This document shows positions 42,380 to 57,239 of a stretch of DNA of 64,000 nucleotides, piece by piece. Below the pieces are notes generated by a model. It was not told the origin of the DNA. It worked only from the letters and a program-made list of their open reading frames with translations, and did no database searches. The position numbers and the translations under genes were made by a program. This DNA is from Bugula neritina. Its lineage: Eukaryota > Animalia > Bryozoa. How positions within the stretch are numbered: the stretch's first letter is position 1; every line of letters starts with the position of its first letter. The stretch spans positions 7,917,929 through 7,981,928 of the forward strand of contig OZ037769.1 of NCBI GenBank assembly GCA_964035545.1. The letters are read 5' to 3'.

Positions 42380-42988
42380 GGATATAATATTAGTGCTTTA
42401 AAAATACTGCCATAGTTATATGTAATGTAGAGAGTAGATAGTATTACTGGTAGTACCTATTCTCAGTCTTTAAATTCTATACAAGTGTTTTCAACTCACA
42501 TGTGTCGATCATCAGTGTTAGTTAATTATCCCCAGTATCAGTTAACTATTCCCAGTATGATCGGCTATGATCATCAGTGTCAGTCAAATGTCCTCATGGT
42601 GTCAGTTGATTGCCTAGTTAAAGTGGCAGTGCCTATTTTACACAATTAAGTTTATTCCAGTGTAAAAGTTTATACTCTATATAATAACTATGTTTTAAGT
42701 TATAAAACAAGTAATTTGTATAGCAATTTAGAAAAAAAACAAGCCTTGCCATATCAATATTCAGGGTGTCATAATTTTTGCAGACTAATTTTTGAACATA
42801 ATATTTGTCTAATTAATATAAATATGCATATAATCTTCTTGCAGTTACATCTCATATAAAGCATAATTAATGGTAATGAATTATTAGATTTGCCTGCATT
42901 CCTTTCCCAATTGCAGTCACCTCCCTTAATTTAAATAGCCAAATGTATTAATTACCCAATGATTCTGCCCTATTTGCTGTGTGTAGAA

Positions 42989-43261
42989 TGGTGTCCGGTA
43001 AAAATGGCACTGGTAAAAATGGCACAGGCAATAATGGCACATGTTTTCAATATTGGGGTCGGGGTTTGGAGTTTGAAAGAGCGGTTTGAGGTGGGGTTGG
43101 GTGTTTAAAGAATGGGGGGTTTGGGTTTGGGGTTCAAGGGTTGAGGGTTTGAGTTTGAGGTTTGAGAAAACTTAACACCAGTGTGCCATTTCGCTTATAC
43201 TTTTCCATTTGTGCCCTCATTACCGGTGCAATTATCACCTGTGCCATTTTTACCTAAAATC
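42989..43261. mobile_element. Same foldback-like MITE family (copy 2), 8-bp TSD
   Basis: TSD GTGTAGAA (42981-42988/43262-43269). Confidence 0.8.
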
Positions 43262-43774
43262 GTGTAGAACAGATAGGATGACTTTACAGCTAGAAATTAT
43301 GCTGGAGAAGAGATATTGAGGGAGGTAGTAGCGTAATAGTGTAACCTTCTGGGTTAAAGTCCAGGTGATTTAGAAGACCTCAAAACAAGCTAAATTCATT
43401 GCAATAGACTGATAATTAGGGCAACAATAAAAATAATATTGAATGCCATACTGCCTTAGTTGGTAGCTCAATTATAACTTGAGTTTTCAAAAGCTCAAAT
43501 GCCTTTTGAATCTAATCAATCTACCGGTCCCACTACCACAAAAGGTTTTTACCATTCTTGACCTATCACCCTGTTAAATTAGGGCCCATCTTAACAAGAT
43601 GGTTATGAGATAAAATATAACTCTTTAGCAAAAAATGTAACTCCAGTACAAACTACTTAGATAATTAGGTTTACTGTAAGACTCTCATATGTGGATACTA
43701 ACTTTTTTAGTATAAATTTTTTTGTTATAAAAACACTGTTGCTTTGTCATGCACAAAAGCTGGTGCCTTCCATC

Positions 43775-46153
43775 ATGTGGAGAGGTGGTGGAGAGAGAAG
43801 AAAGATTGTGAGAGACACTAGCGCAGTAGGGAGCAGAGATTCTGCAGACATTAGCCAAGGTTCTCCACAGTCAGGTATTGGCTTCGGCTGGGTGTTTCAT
43901 TATTGAGTAATTGTTTTTGGTAACTATAGGCTATATAAATCACGTTGGTTGTGTTGTCACTGCTTTTGATATCTATAATTAAAGGTTGCCATGATGAGCC
44001 CCTCAAAGCCTCAATTGACAAAGTGAACAATTATAGATTACTTTATTACTGTTTTGGTTTAAATAAATTGTTATTGTTTTAGACAATTTTCAAGGTGTAG
44101 GATTAGGTGCAACAGGAAAAAAAAATTGTGCTCACCCACCCACACATGCCTCTTTCTATTGCAATTTTGTGACAGCTTTTATAAAACATATAAAGGATAC
44201 GTCATCAGCTAGAGCAAGTGTTTTATAACTCAAGTCAAATCTAAACCATGTTTTCATTCTCAATTGTAGAGTCTATCTTTGATAAAATGTGACTGGTTTT
44301 CGAACCAAATAAATGCATGGCTGTGGCTGATTATACAGGTTATTGATAAGTGCACCAAAAGTTTGCATACCAGCTGCTTGTTTTTTTTTGTTTAGACTGT
44401 TGCAGCTTTCAAATATTAAAATATAAATGCTTCCTTTTCAAACGAGAACTGGTGCGCTGCTAAAAACTATAATATATGCTAAATATTAAGAATATATATC
44501 AAGCATCTACCATAATAATTATTACAGTGTACATAAAAAAGCTCTTTTGTATTTACTTTAAAAGACATGTACTAACTATTAATTTTATAAATCAAAGTTT
44601 TGCAAGCAATCGTACCTCAGGCAAACAAACATGTTATGTAACTATTGAGTAATAGAGCAGTTGTTATTCCTTAACAGACCAACACACCAATGCAGCTGCA
44701 GGCTCTCCAGAACTAACAGATCAACATGATTTAGAAGACTTCTACCAAGACTCTGATCTGTCAGACACAGAGACTGAGATGGAAGGTGAAGTAAAACTAA
44801 CCACTCTAGATATTTTACCAAATAAAATGATATTATAAGTAATAGTGTTCTATAACAAGATTACAATTGCCTGCACCAACATATGTTATATGTTGATGCT
44901 TTGTTTATATAATTTCATTTGTGATAAAACTGTTCAAGTGTTTTAGGAAATGTGTTTGGATCAATGTTATTAGAACATGTACATGCAAGTTGGCTTTGCT
45001 TTATAATGTTGATGAATAATGATCGTAGTACATAAAAGGTTAAGAATTCTGATCTAGTTTTAGATTATTTTGCATATATTTTGAAATATAAAAATATACT
45101 ACATAATGTGTAGCAAGGTTAATGTTTTGTAGCTCAAGTGTAGGGTTTAGGCTGTATATACATAGTGTAGCAGCTGTAGTGTAGTTGAGATATAATATAG
45201 CGCTACAATAGTAGAAATTACATTGAGTTGTGAGCCCCGGAATCTAATTGCAAACTTTCTTATTTTAGATGCTAAACTTCACAACACAAGCACGACTCAT
45301 CATAAGATGAGATCTGCTTCTCGTATTAAAGAAAGTCTCAGTCTGACGGAAAATTCCAACTTGCATACAATATCTCTTCGGTACAACCTATTGAAAGAAA
45401 GTAATATGAAGACTTTAGCCGTGTCACTAATGGTGGGCATATAATACTTGTACATCAGTGATGTTTATAAACAGTCAGCTTTTCTTGTTATAGACAAACA
45501 GTTTTTTGCATCAAGTAAAGGAAATTTATGCATTTTAGTTATTAGATTGTATTACATTTTATTTACTATTTATAAATGTTGTTTATCATACTTACATAAT
45601 GCTTCTATAGAATCATATATGGACAGACAGGTCATTGGTGAATATTTTGTAGGAGAATAAGTCAGTCAACACTTTAGATCTGAGAGGGTGCGGCATCAGT
45701 TCTCAAAGCTGCCAGTATATCTGCGAAATGCTAGATTACAATAGAGTTATCTTCTCCTTAGATTTATCTGAAAACTCATTAAGAACCCCGGGATTAAAGC
45801 TTGTCCGTGATTGTCTTCTCACTAATTTGTAAGTTCATTGAAATTATAAATGAGTTTTGATACGATGGATGCATTAGACCAGTACAATCTACTCATTTGA
45901 ATATATGCTGTTATATCTTTTGCATTAGAATACTGTCTGTATTCATAGTATATATGCTGTGAGAGTATTGAGGAATTTGAATTTTCTGCTAAGCTCTTAG
46001 ATATATAGGTCTATGTATGTAATGTTATAACTTTTATACTTATTATTGATTGAGAAATCTATTAGTTGAATTGCTCAAGTCTAACGTATTTTCTAAAGTT
46101 TCAAGTCAGAAACCTTAGTATTAAAATATTTACAACATTTTATGGTGATATTA

Positions 46154-46194
<41 letters not shown>

Positions 46195-49100
46195 ATAATA
46201 ATATATAATAATATAATGTATCTATATTATTATATAACTTCATACAGATTAAGATGCAATTAGAGTACCTATTCCAAATATTGCATGGAGCAAATATAAT
46301 ATGAGTTTACTTTGTTGTATTGGCGTAAACACATTTTATAACTTTGAAACTTATTTTAGATATGACTACACCATTATATACTTTCATAAACAACTATATG
46401 ACCTAATTGCACCATGAAACAAATAATGCACTTGTTACACGTATTTGACAGAGCTCTAAGTATTATAGCCTTGGATCATAACGAATTCCGAGACTCCGAT
46501 GCCTGCCATATCTGCACAGTGCTTGAGGTATAATATGTTTGAGATATGCATTACCACACTGCAACAACTGGTTTAGGCAACACTCTAATTGAAGTTTTTG
46601 ATAGCAAATGCTACTACCTGAAATACGCATAAAAGCTGAATAGTTTTTTAATTTTAATTAGCAAACATAGTAAATGATATCACAATTGAAACTTGCAGTA
46701 GCTTCAATTGTTGCCAACAGATATTTTACCTTATTATGATTATTATATTATCTGCAACTTGATGAGACAGTCTATAAGTGAAGTAAATTTTGCTTTGTGC
46801 TACTTAGCACTATGCTAGACTAGCTTTGATTTCATGATATAGTTGATATCTGTTGAGCTACACACTGCAATAGTTTAAACACCATTAACTGCAGGCAGTT
46901 TATTTAGAGTCTAGACTTTAGACATAACATTATATATCACTATAACATGCTGCAAATACACACATGAATATGAATTTATGGCCACCATAGATGTAGTTAA
47001 AGTCATTTTGCTTTTTGACACATTCTACAATGTTAAAATAAATAGTCCTGCTGTTTTACAGACTAATTCAACATTAAAGAAGCTTAGTCTAAACGGAAAC
47101 AGTTTTTCACAAATAGCCGGAGAGCAATTCTACAAAACTCTGGGTTTAAACTATAGCCTGAGAGTTTTAAAAATTGACTGGAATCACTTTAGAATGAGAG
47201 GTGTGTCACTTCTCATCCAAGGAATACAGGTGAAACCTTAATAGAATGCTAATAAGACTAGTAGTTATAAAGCCTACAGTTATTGAAGTGTTAGCCATTC
47301 TCAGCTTGGTGTGCCTCTGCTAAGCTTTTAAGATAAGTTTTAAAATGTTCCTTATATGGTGGAAGTTTATTATGTACAAAATTTACTTTAAAAGATATAC
47401 AGTTATATTTGTTGAAGACAAACTGCAGCATCACAGAATTAAATCTCTCGTGGAATGGCATGGGTACCCAAGGCTGTGTGTCAATGGGTCAATGTCTAAA
47501 GACAAACACCACTCTGGAAATTCTTGACATTTCAGCCAATAGAATCACCAGAGAAGGCTTTTCCTACATTTTAGATGGGCTAACAACAAACAAGTCCTTA
47601 CAGATACTAAAAGCAAGTGTTATTTTAGCAAATGGTGTGCTTAATTTCATTTATTCAACCTGTAGTGTATTATTTTCCATATTTTATAATGCTATATATT
47701 TATAATAAACATTAATGAAAGTAACAATTGCAAACTTTTAATTTAAATGAAATATATGTTTATGGCTCTCTATATATTTGCTTATTGAATATCATAGAGC
47801 TAGCAACATTCTATTAAGAAAACTAATTATAGTTTCGGTTTAAAAATAAAAGTGTACTTTGGCAGATTGGCAGCAACCCAATCACAACTGAAGGAGTTAT
47901 GGACCTGATGACAATTCTGCTAAAATCTGACCCTCAAAAGATGATGATTTCTTTAGAAGAAGTGGATTTTGACGTAAAATTGTTTAAGCACAGCTAGTAT
48001 TTATACAAACAATTTATTGATGAATGGCAGTTGTTTCATAATACATTGATGACAGCTAGTGCGTATTGTTTTAAATTTTAAAATGCCATGCGTGTTGTAG
48101 GATATATGTGTGGGCAATGAGTTTACTAAAATATATGCTGAAGTGTTAAAAACTGGGCGGCGCATAACTATAAAGCATGGCTCGACATTGAAACAGGTGT
48201 GTATATAAACTCCTATATCTCACGTAGTTAGCTGTTATTTGTGCTCACTGCATGGCAGAGTCTTTTAATATTCTGATGTGATATGTGTCATCAAGAAGGA
48301 CTAGAAATGATGTCTTATACACAGCAAAGAGTCATCATGCACATGGTTAATTGTACTTTCATTCAGAACATGTTACTTGACGAAAGCTTAAAGAACACTT
48401 CTTTTTCAATAACACATGTTTCAGGTACTTGTGCTAAGCAGAAAATAAGAGACACTGCTGTGAGTGCTCAGTAGGCAAGTTGAGTCTTTTATTGCTTTTG
48501 AGAAACTAGCGTTATATTACATTATAATATATTATTGATGCCTATTATATTATAATTGTCTTGCTTACGATACTTTATTAAATGATGTATCGAGGTAACG
48601 GAGGGGGGGGGGAGGCACAATGGGCCGAATTTTGAATTTGTTGCTCTCATTCATCTGTTTTGTTTTTCAAGGTACCAGTTCAATAATCTCTAGTCTAAAC
48701 GCTACACCAGTTGTCTATTATAGATATTAGTTTGTTGTTTTTATCTTTTTCACAACCTTCAGAATAATGAAATTTTCATGACAAAAAAATCTGCTTATTG
48801 TGCCCCGGTACCGGGGTACAATGAGCCACTGGGTGGAACACAACCAACATGCATATTAAAACTTTGCTGATTTGATTGCATCTGATCTTTATTTATTGAA
48901 TACACACAAGATCTACAGCATAAATCATGTTTTAGCTGTACAGTTTGTGCCACCACAGATAGCAGGGGGAGACAAAATTAAACACTGCACATCACTTATT
49001 TCTACAGTGCCATTATCATTACTGTTTAAAATTAAAAATGTCTTTTCTATTTCCACTTCACAGGAAATTTCACCAAAAAAAAACTTTAGTAACATGTGCT

Positions 49101-49965
49101 ACAAAATTCCAGGTGGACTTTTTTCTATGAACTGTAGCTAAGGTGGCTGAGGTTTGTGGCTGAAGTGCGGAAGCGGTGGGTGGGGGGGGTGGGGAAAATG
49201 AGCAAATCACAATTAATTTTAGTCAAATAGTTGCATAATATTCCCTTAATGATATAATGTATAATGAATATCATAACTATCCACTAGTAGCAACAGCAAA
49301 ATGTTTTGTATGATGTATAAACCGGCAAAGCTATAACCTCACCAGATGTACATATGAAGGCAGCTTAACCTTGTAGTTTGGTACTCTTATCATAATGTCT
49401 TTGATATTTTACAAAAAGAAGGTCAGAGCTGGCTATATCTATAGATTTTACAAACATTTCAACTATTTTCTTGGGCAAACAAACTAATAACAGTGACCAG
49501 GGTGCAAGGTTCAGGTAGCTCATTGTGCAACGATCAGTGTGGCCCACTGTGCCCCTTGTGACCAAGTTGAAAATAAATGTGGCTCAAGGAAAAATTATTT
49601 TAGAATTTGCTATTATAATAATTAAGCAATGTAGAGACAAGCAATGGCAACAATATCAGTAAAAACTAGGCTCGTTACCTTTGAGTGTAAAAAGTTATAA
49701 AGCTTTAATGACATTTTAAATTTTTTTCAAAAAGTAGGTAAAAACAGTTTTTGACTCACCTTATCAACATGTATGCTCAGCAAATGTTGAAACTACAATG
49801 GGTGAATAATTGCGTCATTACCTTTTTATTAAAAAAAAAATCACAGCTCTAAGTCAATAAGTTCTCTCACAATTTGACTGGCCCGTTACCCCTATATATA
49901 TACATATAAACATAGATAAAATGCAATATATTATATATATCACACATCATATATTACATATATAA

Positions 49966-50036
<71 letters not shown>

Positions 50037-50870
50037 AGAAAAAGCCATGTGAAGACAACTAACAAGATACTACGGTTGTAGGACGACATGATCCCTCAGA
50101 TGGAGCTGGCCGAGGTGATCCACAGTGAGCAGCCAGTGTTCATCTTATTTGACTGCATGAGAATGAATAATTTGAGAATAGTTGATTTATTCCACGCCTT
50201 TGATAGAGACAGAAGTAATACTCTAAGTCGTCAGGAGATCAGAGATGGTTTACTCGTGAGTGTAATGTACGCAGTGTCACTTTACATAAAGCTATGTTAC
50301 TGAAAACACAATACTTTCAACATATTCATGGTGTATTTGCAGACTATGAACATGCCTTTGAGCTCTAGAGCGCTAGACCTTCTTGTTAAACACGCTGATA
50401 CAGATCATGACGGAAAAGTCAGCTTAACGTAAGTAAGCAATGACCAACTATCAAATAGTTTTCGTAATGAATCATCATATTGAGTAGCTAAAAATAGAAT
50501 CATTGATCAAACGGCAGTTTGATGAATTAAAAAACTCTTATATGATGCTTATAATAGGTAGCTATAGCCCATGGTCTTTGAAAAACGATACAATTTATAA
50601 AAAAAACTCTAAGCAGTTTTTTCCTATTGTCATTAAAATCACCATATTGTTCTCTCTGAGTACTAAAACTGCATTAAGCAGACCTGTTACACAACAATCA
50701 CACAGTTGTGGTACAGATATGGAGATGAAATATAACATTGTTGTAGAGATTTAATGGCAGCTCAAAAAGATTATCAGAAATACTTGACTAAAAAAAGAAA
50801 TGAGAAGAGGATAAAATCTGGTGGCCCAAGTAATGCTGTTCGACGAATACGAAAGTTCACAGAAAAGTAG
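43775..50870 (+). CDS. LRRC74-like leucine-rich repeat protein with C-terminal EF-hand pair (spliced)
   Basis: RI-like LRRs (LDLSENSL, LSLNGNSF, LNLSWNGM, LDISANRI); EF hands DRDRSNTLSRQE and DTDHDGKVSLTD. About 12 exons; start tentative. Confidence 0.8.
46157..46190. repeat. (TA)n microsatellite
   Basis: Visible directly. Confidence 0.9.
48591..49891. mobile_element. Putative non-autonomous DNA transposon
   Basis: Ends GAGGTAACGG / CCGTTACCCC-TA; internal inverted GCACAATGGGCC / GGCCCACTGTGC motifs; superfamily unclear. Confidence 0.45.
49970..50032. repeat. (TA)n microsatellite
   Basis: Visible directly. Confidence 0.95.
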
Positions 50871-51709
50871 CGGCTATTCCGAATGAATACTTTGTATAGT
50901 TTGGGAATACACAAGTTTATGAAGAGTAGCAGAAACTGTTTATATTATAGGATTGATCCATTTGCTTTGGTAGCATTGCCATAGTTTTACCAACTCTCTT
51001 TAATATTGGGATATCCATTCATAACTTTTACAATGAATATGAAAATAGATTTTTACACATAAGAATACATTTTGTTAGAAAATAGTATTTTGTAAATACT
51101 AAAATTGGTTAGATTTCCAACATTTATGCATGCAATAATTTATGTAGTAAAGTAATTGTCCAACTACAATGCTGTCATTATTTATTTTTATAAACACTAG
51201 ACTGTGTACTTTTCACAGCCTGTCAAGGAGTCACAACTAAATGCTTTACTATTACACAGGCTGAAAAATCACCCAGATGATCACAGTTATTAGCTTTTCA
51301 AAAATTAAAGTTTATTGAAAACTGCTTTGAGCATTAAAAGCAAGTAGCATGTGATATCATTATTTAAGAATAATAAATTGTAGAAAGTTTAATGTACATT
51401 ACAACTTATTACAGCAGGAAGAACCACTTAAACTTTACAAAAACAATGTAAAAGCTGATAGAATAAACTGTGATTAAATAGAAAGTCAGAAGCAAAGTCA
51501 AAATAAGCATAACATCGTGCATCGGAGTTAAAAATTTGCATTGATAGAATGTAAAAACATACAATAACACTGGCTTCTCTGATAAATGTATAAACATGAA
51601 TAAATACATTATCATAAAACAAACGGCACTGAAACTGACTAATTGAAGGCCAAATGTCAGCAGAATTAGGGCAGAGTAATACAGAGAATATAAAGACCAG
51701 CAGCAACCA

Positions 51710-54700
51710 TTAAAAAGTGTCTAAGAATTTCTTTAGTTCCTCGTGCCATTTGCCAGGCTGATCAATGTAGCAGACGTGGTCAGCGTCTGCCAACACAACC
51801 TGATGACTCAGGGGCATCTGTTTGAGCAAATGGAGACTGGATCCTGCACTTAGATCATTAGCTCCATAGACAATGAGGGCTTTCAGCTGCAACAGACAGA
51901 CAGAACTGCACACCTGGATGCAACTTTGGTTATATGGTCATTAACCGTCACTTTATATCATTGAGAAGAAATAAAGACTGCATAAACTAGAGTCCACAAT
52001 GTTACATAGAATATAGCCTGTGAGTCTTATTTATTAGAGTGAAGACTCATAAATAGACGTGTGTGACTAAAATAGGTGGCCACACGGTGTCGCAGTCCGT
52101 GACACCTATTTTAGTCATTAGGGAGGTTTTGACTAAAATGGGTGTCGCAAAACATTTTCGTTTTATTTTCAGCTTTTTAAACATTTGTGACTGCTGAAAA
52201 TATTATTAAATAAATCTTCAGTGAATAATGAACATTTCACAATCGTTTAAACCAAAAAACATGAATAAACAATGATAAAATTGAAATAATTATAACAAAA
52301 ACCAAACTCATCAAGAGTTATCTTTCCTTGTCAAAAATTCCCTTTTCACTTAATTTTATTGTTATTTTTGTGATCATAGACATGCTGACTTTTAAAACAT
52401 ATACTTCAAAATAGTAAAAACGCCGGGAGCAATATTGAAAAAACAAAAATGTTCACAAGGTTTAAAAAAAAACTAAACAATTTCGCAACACCCATTCTAG
52501 TCGCACCCTAAATAGACACCATCTAGTAGCTCAGTTTATAGCCACTTGAATTTACTGACCTTGGTCAGTTTTTTGAAGCTCTCCTCTTTATAATCTGGGT
52601 GAATAACAGGAGCAATTGCAACATAACCAGCTATTTCGTCAGTGTAAAGGTCCGATGTAATATATGGTATAGAAAAAGTACCCGATAATGATGGACTTAT
52701 TACAATAACTTTCACCAACTTTAATGTTTTCACCAATAAATGCATCACTGTGGACTTTTCCTCCCTCAAATGATTCGTACCTGAAACCAGAAACTTCACA
52801 TATATCAAAAGTGTTGACAAATTTTGTTTATAAAACAATCCTCTATTTGATCGGCATAATATTTTTTTCATAATGCATTGAAAAAATGGCAAATGAAACA
52901 ACAATCATTAATTTAAAAAAAAACAACTTATTAATTTTGGATAAAACATAACCACATAAAAGAGCTAATCAACAGCTAACCAAGTCAAGTCATGGGCTAG
53001 ACAAAAATATATTTTAAATCAAGCCAACCAATGACTTGAGAAAATTTGAATTGCTTTACAAATACTTGATTAACTCAGTATATATAATGTATCTTTAAAA
53101 CATTACTTACACTCATTAAGCAATATGGATTAGTTACATGAGTTTCACAATTTCAAAAACAAAAATAAGTTTAGCTTCAAATTTTGCAATTGAGTCAAGT
53201 CACTTTTGGCAAGTTAATTCCAGTACAGGAGTTTCAAGTGGTTAGGGAGGCACTCAAATCAACATCGCTTAAACCCAGCTCAGCCCGATACTCGGATAAA
53301 GTCTAGGAATTGCAAAATCTCATGCAACTAAATTTAGAGCTTACGCATGTAACATGTTAAATAATTGATTTACATAATATATAGTGACAGTAGACAGTCA
53401 AGTGTATACCAAATTGTAACAACTGCCCCTTTCAATTTTGGTAAAAATAATCATACAATAGCCAGCATATTACATATTCTATTATTATATACTTACACTG
53501 CCAGGTAATTAACAAAGTTAAGTGATTACTGACTAACTCTGATTAAATCAACTTAATGAATCAAAGAGGACAAAATAAAGTACATCACAGAGCCACAACA
53601 ATTAAATTCAAAGATCCAAGTCTGCAGTTCATAATATACAGATGTTGGGACAGAAAGAATCACATAAAACCAATCAATTTACAGCTTGCATGCTTTAATA
53701 ATTAGTATTAATTTATATTAACTTTAACTTTTTAGGACTATATATGTATTTGCTGCATTTATGCAACTAAACTTGATTAAAAGGAATTCAAATATAAGAA
53801 TAAATGTTAGCAAATGTGCAGACAGCGTGTAATATATACTTAACCAAATCTGTGTCCATCAACTATATAGGAAGTGTCCTCATCAGCAATGAAAATTCCT
53901 AATTTTTTTGCGCAAGCATATCTAAAAGGTGCATATATGCATGCAAGTACATTATTAAATCTAAAATATAAGCAAAACTGTCTTAAAACTCACAGGTTTC
54001 AGTTCCATTGTCATGGAGATTAACAGCCACAGCTCGATAGCCCCAGTTCTCTAGTTTAGCCATTGTGCCAGTACCCGTGTTCCATGTTGTAGCATTGTAA
54101 TTTTTACCATGGAGTAGCAGAATAACAGGCTTGCTAGCATTAGTTAGTTGACTATTCACTTCGATATATTCAATTGTACATTTCTAAAATATAGAATTTC
54201 ATTTGCAATAACACAATTTAACAAATTGAAGAAATAATTGTATATAAAAAACATAGTAGTTGACTGGTCTAGTACATACTTACATTGCCATCCAAATCAA
54301 TTTCTACTTTTTGTAGTTGTAATTGCAAAACCAAAAGTTCATCTTTCTAAAAGCAAACAGCATTCAGAGTGAATCTTTCTATTTATTTTAAACATTGATA
54401 TTTTTAATGAACAGCTTATTATTTGTGTTCAGAAATTATAGGCACCAAAAAATCCTACTAGTTGGGTGTTTATAGTTTTGACTTGCATAAATTTGAAAAC
54501 CTAGCATAAGTCAACAAACAGCTTCTAAAACTTTAATCAAATCAATCTAATCAATTAACACCATAGACAATTTGACTAATCTAATAAAAACCTTTATCTT
54601 TACCTTTACCTATATGTAAACAGGGTACTTTGGAAACACTGATAATTCGTGGAATACAAGACAGTATTCAAAAGACTTGCTCCTCTGTCTTTTAATTTTT

Positions 54701-55183
54701 ACTTTTTTAGCTTCAGTAAATTAATAGCAGTAGCGTTTCTTTGCTTCCAAGCATTATACAGTTACACAAATAGTAAAAGCAGTTAATTATAACTATAAGC
54801 AGACTAAATTCATTAATTAATATTAACATTGCATTTTACCTATTTATCTCACAAGTCGCTGGTACTGCAATTATTATACTAATCATACCATTACATTTTC
54901 TTTGGTATAACGATAAGAAAAAGATTAGGTTTAAAGTGTTCATCAGTATCCATACCTGACTTGATTTATTATCATTGTCCGTAACAATACTATCTTTGTT
55001 TTCAATACCGCTAGCACCTATACGGCTACTACGATTAGGACTGCTCTTGGGATTAGGAGTAATTTGAGTGGTTTCAATTCTTTTAGTTGAATATCTATAT
55101 AGAATTATTAACCCTACACACAGGCAAACTAAAACTACAATCCGTCCGTATTTAATCTCTAAACCACTGACAAAAGCCATCAC
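51710..55183 (-). CDS. ABHD14-like alpha/beta hydrolase with N-terminal membrane anchor (ABHD14A-like, spliced)
   Basis: LLLHG...TW...GYRAVAVNL, nucleophile motif ISPSLSG, YVAIAPV, LIVYGAND, HVCYIDQPGKWH; TM IVVLVCLCVGLIILY. Confidence 0.85.
52059..52508. mobile_element. Mutator-like MITE, second copy (right TIR shortened)
   Basis: Homologous to 15272-16343; 9-bp TSD TAAATAGAC. Confidence 0.88.
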
Positions 55184-55364
55184 TCATTAGTCTTTGACCA
55201 ATCTAAAAATAAAACAATCCATTATTAGTATTATCGATTGAAGTAATAAATACTATAAATTAAAACTGCAAGTTAGTATTACAACAAATGATAAACTCTA
55301 GTTTAGTCAGTACTCAGTAGATGTAATGCCATGACAGCAGCTCGTTCGTTCTAAGACTAGAGCG

Positions 55365-56040
55365 ATAGTATAACTATAACTATTACTCTTACTCTTAGTA
55401 TTAGTATTGGTACAACATTGAGTTTACCTATAGTATAACTATAAACTACAACATTACATTTGCAATATGTATAAGTATAGGCATACATTAAAATTTTATA
55501 AGTATAACTATAAGTATAACCATAGGTATAACTAATATTATACTTATAGAGTTTAAATAATTTAATATTATTAGTATAACTTATAGTTATAGTTATACTT
55601 ATAGTTATACTTATAGTAATAGTATAACTGTAAATAATTTAATATAAGACTTGGACCATAAGTATAAGTATAAGTCATTAAGTACTAGTAGTATTGGTAT
55701 TACTGTATTACTATTAAGTATTAGTACTAGTACTAGTAGTAGTAGTAGTACTAGTACAGTATTAGTAGTAGTACTACTGTACTAGTACTAGTACTAGTAG
55801 TACTAGTAGAAGTATAACTATAAGTTATACTAATAGTAATAGTAATACTAATAGTAATACTAATAGTAATACTAACAGCAATACTAATAGTAATAGTAAT
55901 ACTAATACTAATAGTAATAGTAATAGTAATACTTAATACTAATAGTAATAGTATTACTATTAGTATTAGTATTAGTATTAGTATTACTAATACTAATACT
56001 AATACTAATAGTAATAGTTAATAGTAATACTCATATTCAT
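55365..56040. repeat. (TAG/TAA/TAC)n and (TATAAC/TATAAG)n simple-repeat domain
   Basis: Visible directly; just upstream of the ABHD14-like first coding exon. Confidence 0.85.
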
Positions 56041-57239
56041 ACTGTAAGTTCACAACTATAAGCAAAAATGCTTTTAAGTAGTCACTGTGATATTAAGCTT
56101 CTAGTCCACGTAACCGTTGCAAAAGAAGTAGATTTGAGTTCCTGAACGTGAAAATAAATATTTACGATCATTATTCGTTACATTTAGTATTCTATTATAA
56201 CAGAAAAAGGCAAATTTTCCCATACCATGTTCAGCAGCAATACCAATCTTATTTTCGGAGGAAGCTCTCGAGGTTTCCCACAACTTTCAATTTCTGGTTC
56301 AAAATTTTACTTGGAAAAAGGTAATTTTATTAATATTACAACATAATATAGATTCTAGCAATAAGTAAAAATAGTTTTAAAATTAAACGAACTTTACGAA
56401 ACCAATAAATGTTTAGAAGTACATTTTGCAGTACATTTTCGAAAATCTTATGGAGTAGAGTTATCTTCCTTGAAAGCACGCGTATGCTGCAGAGTTGCAG
56501 AAAGATCTGATCTAGAGTTTTATTTCAATGATTTGAACCACTGAAATTGAACTTTTCTTGTGGCTCAGTTAACTAACCCAGAGTAATGGCCTAATCGCAA
56601 TGATCTAATTTTATAAAATCAAATTCAAATTGATTTCTTAATTTGATTTACTCATACTCAGAGTGATGGTCAATATCACGGATTATGATTAAGATTATCA
56701 TTATGATTATTATAATTATAATAATAATTCTATAGATATAATAATTTTTTCATCACTTGGTGTTATCACAAACTCAAAGACATGATTATCATTATGACAA
56801 TGCACTCTCACTCAGTCAGACTCAGTCACAGTGCATCACCGTAAATAAAAATTGTCATTCACTCATTCAGTTTCGCCCAGCCCCACGACCATGGTTATAC
56901 TCATACAATCAATGTCATACTGATTGCGATAGTCAAAGTCATAGTGATATTTTTATTTATATTGTCAGTATCACTAGTAATAATACTAATAGTAATACAT
57001 CTTTACCTTTTTTTCTTTAGCACGCAACAAAACATAGCATAAGCAGTACAGCTGTATAATTTCAATCTTTAGCCAGCATGAGCATGTCATTCAAATCTGT
57101 TGTCTTGTGACTATTTTGCATAGTGATAGTGGTATTATAAGTTGGAGGTCATCACTGTGACCCTAGCTTAGCTCTGGTTTCACGAACTGTTTTTGGCAAG
57201 AAAACGTACACTGATTTTTTAGCATATATCCTAATATCG

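Noticed and set aside
53844-53920. Extra ABHD14-like exon
   Set aside because: Introduces stops; the flanking exons join in frame without it
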